From positions 514,272 through 578,271 of the forward strand of contig NMRA01000204.1 of NCBI GenBank assembly GCA_002633005.1: a DNA stretch of 64,000 bases. The letters are read 5' to 3'. This DNA is from Phoronis australis. Its lineage: Eukaryota; Animalia; Phoronida. The position numbers were made by a program, and so were the translations under genes. How positions within the stretch are numbered: position 1 is the first letter of the stretch; the number at the start of each line of letters is the position of its first letter. Shown here piece by piece: positions 61,683 through 64,000 of this stretch. The notes beneath the pieces were generated by a model. That model did no database searches and was not told the origin of the DNA. It saw only the letters and a list, made by a program, of their open reading frames with translations.

Positions 61683-62608
61683 CAAATGACTGTTCATGCT
61701 CTTTGTCACTCGGAAAGTAGGGTCCACTGTCATCCTGCAAGACGAACATTGTAACAATTGCAGTAAAGTGGTCTTTCATGTTGTTGGAAATTTTTAAAAT
61801 AAAGTATTTTGCAATATTACTTTACTTTTCTCAACGCAAAATTAACTTTAACACCACAGTTACCCCTTGATAGCATTTCAACACAGCTGCACAATAACAT
61901 GTAATAAGTACCTACCACTGCCATGACCTTGAATACTAAAGAAGAGACTCTTATTTCTTTAGTTTCTGGGTCTTTTTGGACACTAGAAGGAAATGGAAAA
62001 CATGCGGAAAATGTCTCGTATTTTAATGGATTGCAAGCACTATGTTCAGAATGTGTGAAAAGAAAACACTACAATGCACAGATTCCCTAATCTGCCATTT
62101 CTTAAACAATTTCTACACAAAAATGCTGCCATCGACATCCTCTCTGCTGTTGAAATTAGTTGTGTGGTTTAAGGCATAAATGGTCAATGCGCTTATCATG
62201 TGAACAACAAAACAGTTCAGTAACTTAACAATGGACAGGAGGTAGTGCCCTCTTTTGGAAAAATGTCTCAGTTTGTGAGGAGACACAAGCAGGCAAATGG
62301 AAGCAGTTCTCACGATTCAGTATTCTCATGTGAATGTTAACACCAGGCAAATGTGGATACCCTCTATTGAGTGTATTGAAGTCAAAACGTAAGCAAATGT
62401 AGTGTATTTGACTAACAATTACTAAACAACATTACCTTACAAGATCCTTATACATGAGCTGTGTTGTTTGAAGGTAAGGCCCCAGAACATCTTCATACTG
62501 ACACACCTGTCCGCCCAGACACAGATGTTTGAAGAGCAAAAATAAGAATTCGCTTCGTTCTGAATCGCTGTACAAATCGAAGAAGTCTGAGTCTTCTATT
62601 AACAACAT
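61683..62608 (-). CDS. CFAP300: Second copy of CFAP300 3' exons (62608-62436, 61982-61916, 61734-gap)
   Basis: Near-identical to copy 1, with Y>F and N>S substitutions. Confidence 0.85.
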
Positions 62609-62896
62609 CTGCAATGAACACACCACAGTTGCATAACGCATACAAAATCTGACATGAGAAGACCCCAGTACAGAATGGAACTTTTTGAGATTAACTAATG
62701 AACACTTACTTAATAGAAAATTAATTCAGATTCTCAATTGACAACATTGCCCACGAGCAACGAGGAGCATTGATACGCACCCACTGTGTGCATTGCATAC
62801 AGCGCAGATACAAGAGATGATCAGTATTTTAACATTCCCACTGATCAGAACAATACTTGAAATAGTCTATAGAGGGTGAAAAACAAGTCAGTAATT

Positions 62897-63396
62897 CAGG
62901 GCTTGGAATGACCAATGACAAAAAACGCGGAAACTTTTACAGCCCAAATCATGCCCGATAACCCGTCTTGAAATGGTCAATGTGAACCTTTCCCCGACAA
63001 AAATCGGGAGGACTAACAAAAAAAAGGTTACCACCATCAGTAGCATGCGTCTGCGTCCTTTTAGGTCGGCCGTCCACACCCAAACCCACACAATTTTGGC
63101 TGCAGAGCGGTAGTATTTGTCGCCGCGCTTAACAATAACACGAGACGCCATTGAAAATCCCACCACGCTGTCCCAGATGCCTCGGCAATGTTGACAATTT
63201 ACGTTCCTCCGAAACATAAAGAGCAACTTCCGCTTTTCGAGGTGAATGTCGTCTGCAACGCCGCGGTAAGAAAGGAATTTGCTGCGCAAATTTTATATCA
63301 AATCGGATTTTTTTACGCGGAAATATTATAAAAAAAGCGGAAAGCACATTTGAAAAAAGCGGAAATCCGCGTTTCCGCGGAAAATTCCAAGCCCTG
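62897..63396. mobile_element. Complete 500-bp MITE, 13-bp perfect TIRs, 6-bp TSD
   Basis: CAGGGCTTGGAAT...ATTCCAAGCCCTG; GTAATT on both sides; empty site AGTCAGTAATTGTCTCC at ~59971 in the other copy. Confidence 0.95.
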
Positions 63397-64000
63397 GTAA
63401 TTGTCTCCTCAATAAAAAGTACACCTTTCTTCGTGATAGTTCAAGCAGTTGGGAGGCACAGCATTAATAAAAAGGCAACGCAGGTGAAACATGGAGCAGC
63501 TGGTGTCAGCTACAAGTAACTTGATTGCCAAAAATGTGAACATCCATTACAGAACTTTCTATATATCAAGGCAAACACAAAGAAAACCAAAGTTACCACA
63601 AGGCAACTGCATGGCAGTCACATTTGTCTCGGAATACATGTCGGTTGCATACCCCTCAACAGAAACATTTCAAATTTCATGAATATCCATCAAGAAACCT
63701 CAAATGTGCACAGTGGTAGTTGGATCTGTCCCACATTGTCATACATTGTTGCATTCAAAGAAATAATTCCTAATTTCAACAAAGATCCCGCAAGGGTTTA
63801 GGAGAAACAAAGAACAAAAAAATGCCATAGTAGTCTAAGCCAACCCATAATTAATGTCAATTCAGCTCTTCTCAATAGGAACTCAGCTGCCAATTTTCAT
63901 TTTTTTGAATGATTTGGCAGATAGAGAGGTGAAGAGAAAAAGAAATGTAGAAATGGCTACTAGGTGGCACAGAACACGTTAATCCATCTGAAGATGGGAA

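Larger units (their letters stand above)
61683..64000. repeat. Near-identical duplicate of ~58760-60578 (allelic haplotype or tandem duplication)
   Basis: Colinear match with scattered SNPs and indels plus one 500-bp insertion; begins right after an N gap. Confidence 0.9.

Overview
AT-rich, intron-rich genomic DNA from an invertebrate animal (draft assembly; N gaps at 40052-40462 and 61535-61682). Manual splicing gives these genes in order: (1) a tiny 4-exon gene (+, 3530-~6552) for a ~60-aa secreted peptide precursor, absent from the ORF track; (2) TMEM185 (-), head-to-head with (3) ANKRD46 (+), which has a GC-AG intron; (4) a CARD-NB-ARC-TPR STAND protein of 998 aa (-); (5) a ~300-aa uncharacterised protein (-) whose first intron holds a Ty1/copia LTR retrotransposon, head-to-head with (6) INTS4 (+), 19 exons including a U12-type intron; (7) the 3' exons of CFAP300 (-), ending 65 bp from the INTS4 stop and repeated after a gap. 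Introns carry several non-autonomous DNA transposons, a tRNA-derived SINE, and tandem repeats that sit on exon edges. The best novelty candidates are the CARD-NB-ARC-TPR immune/apoptotic receptor and the small secreted peptide gene. Gene identities come from recalled protein families, not database searches.
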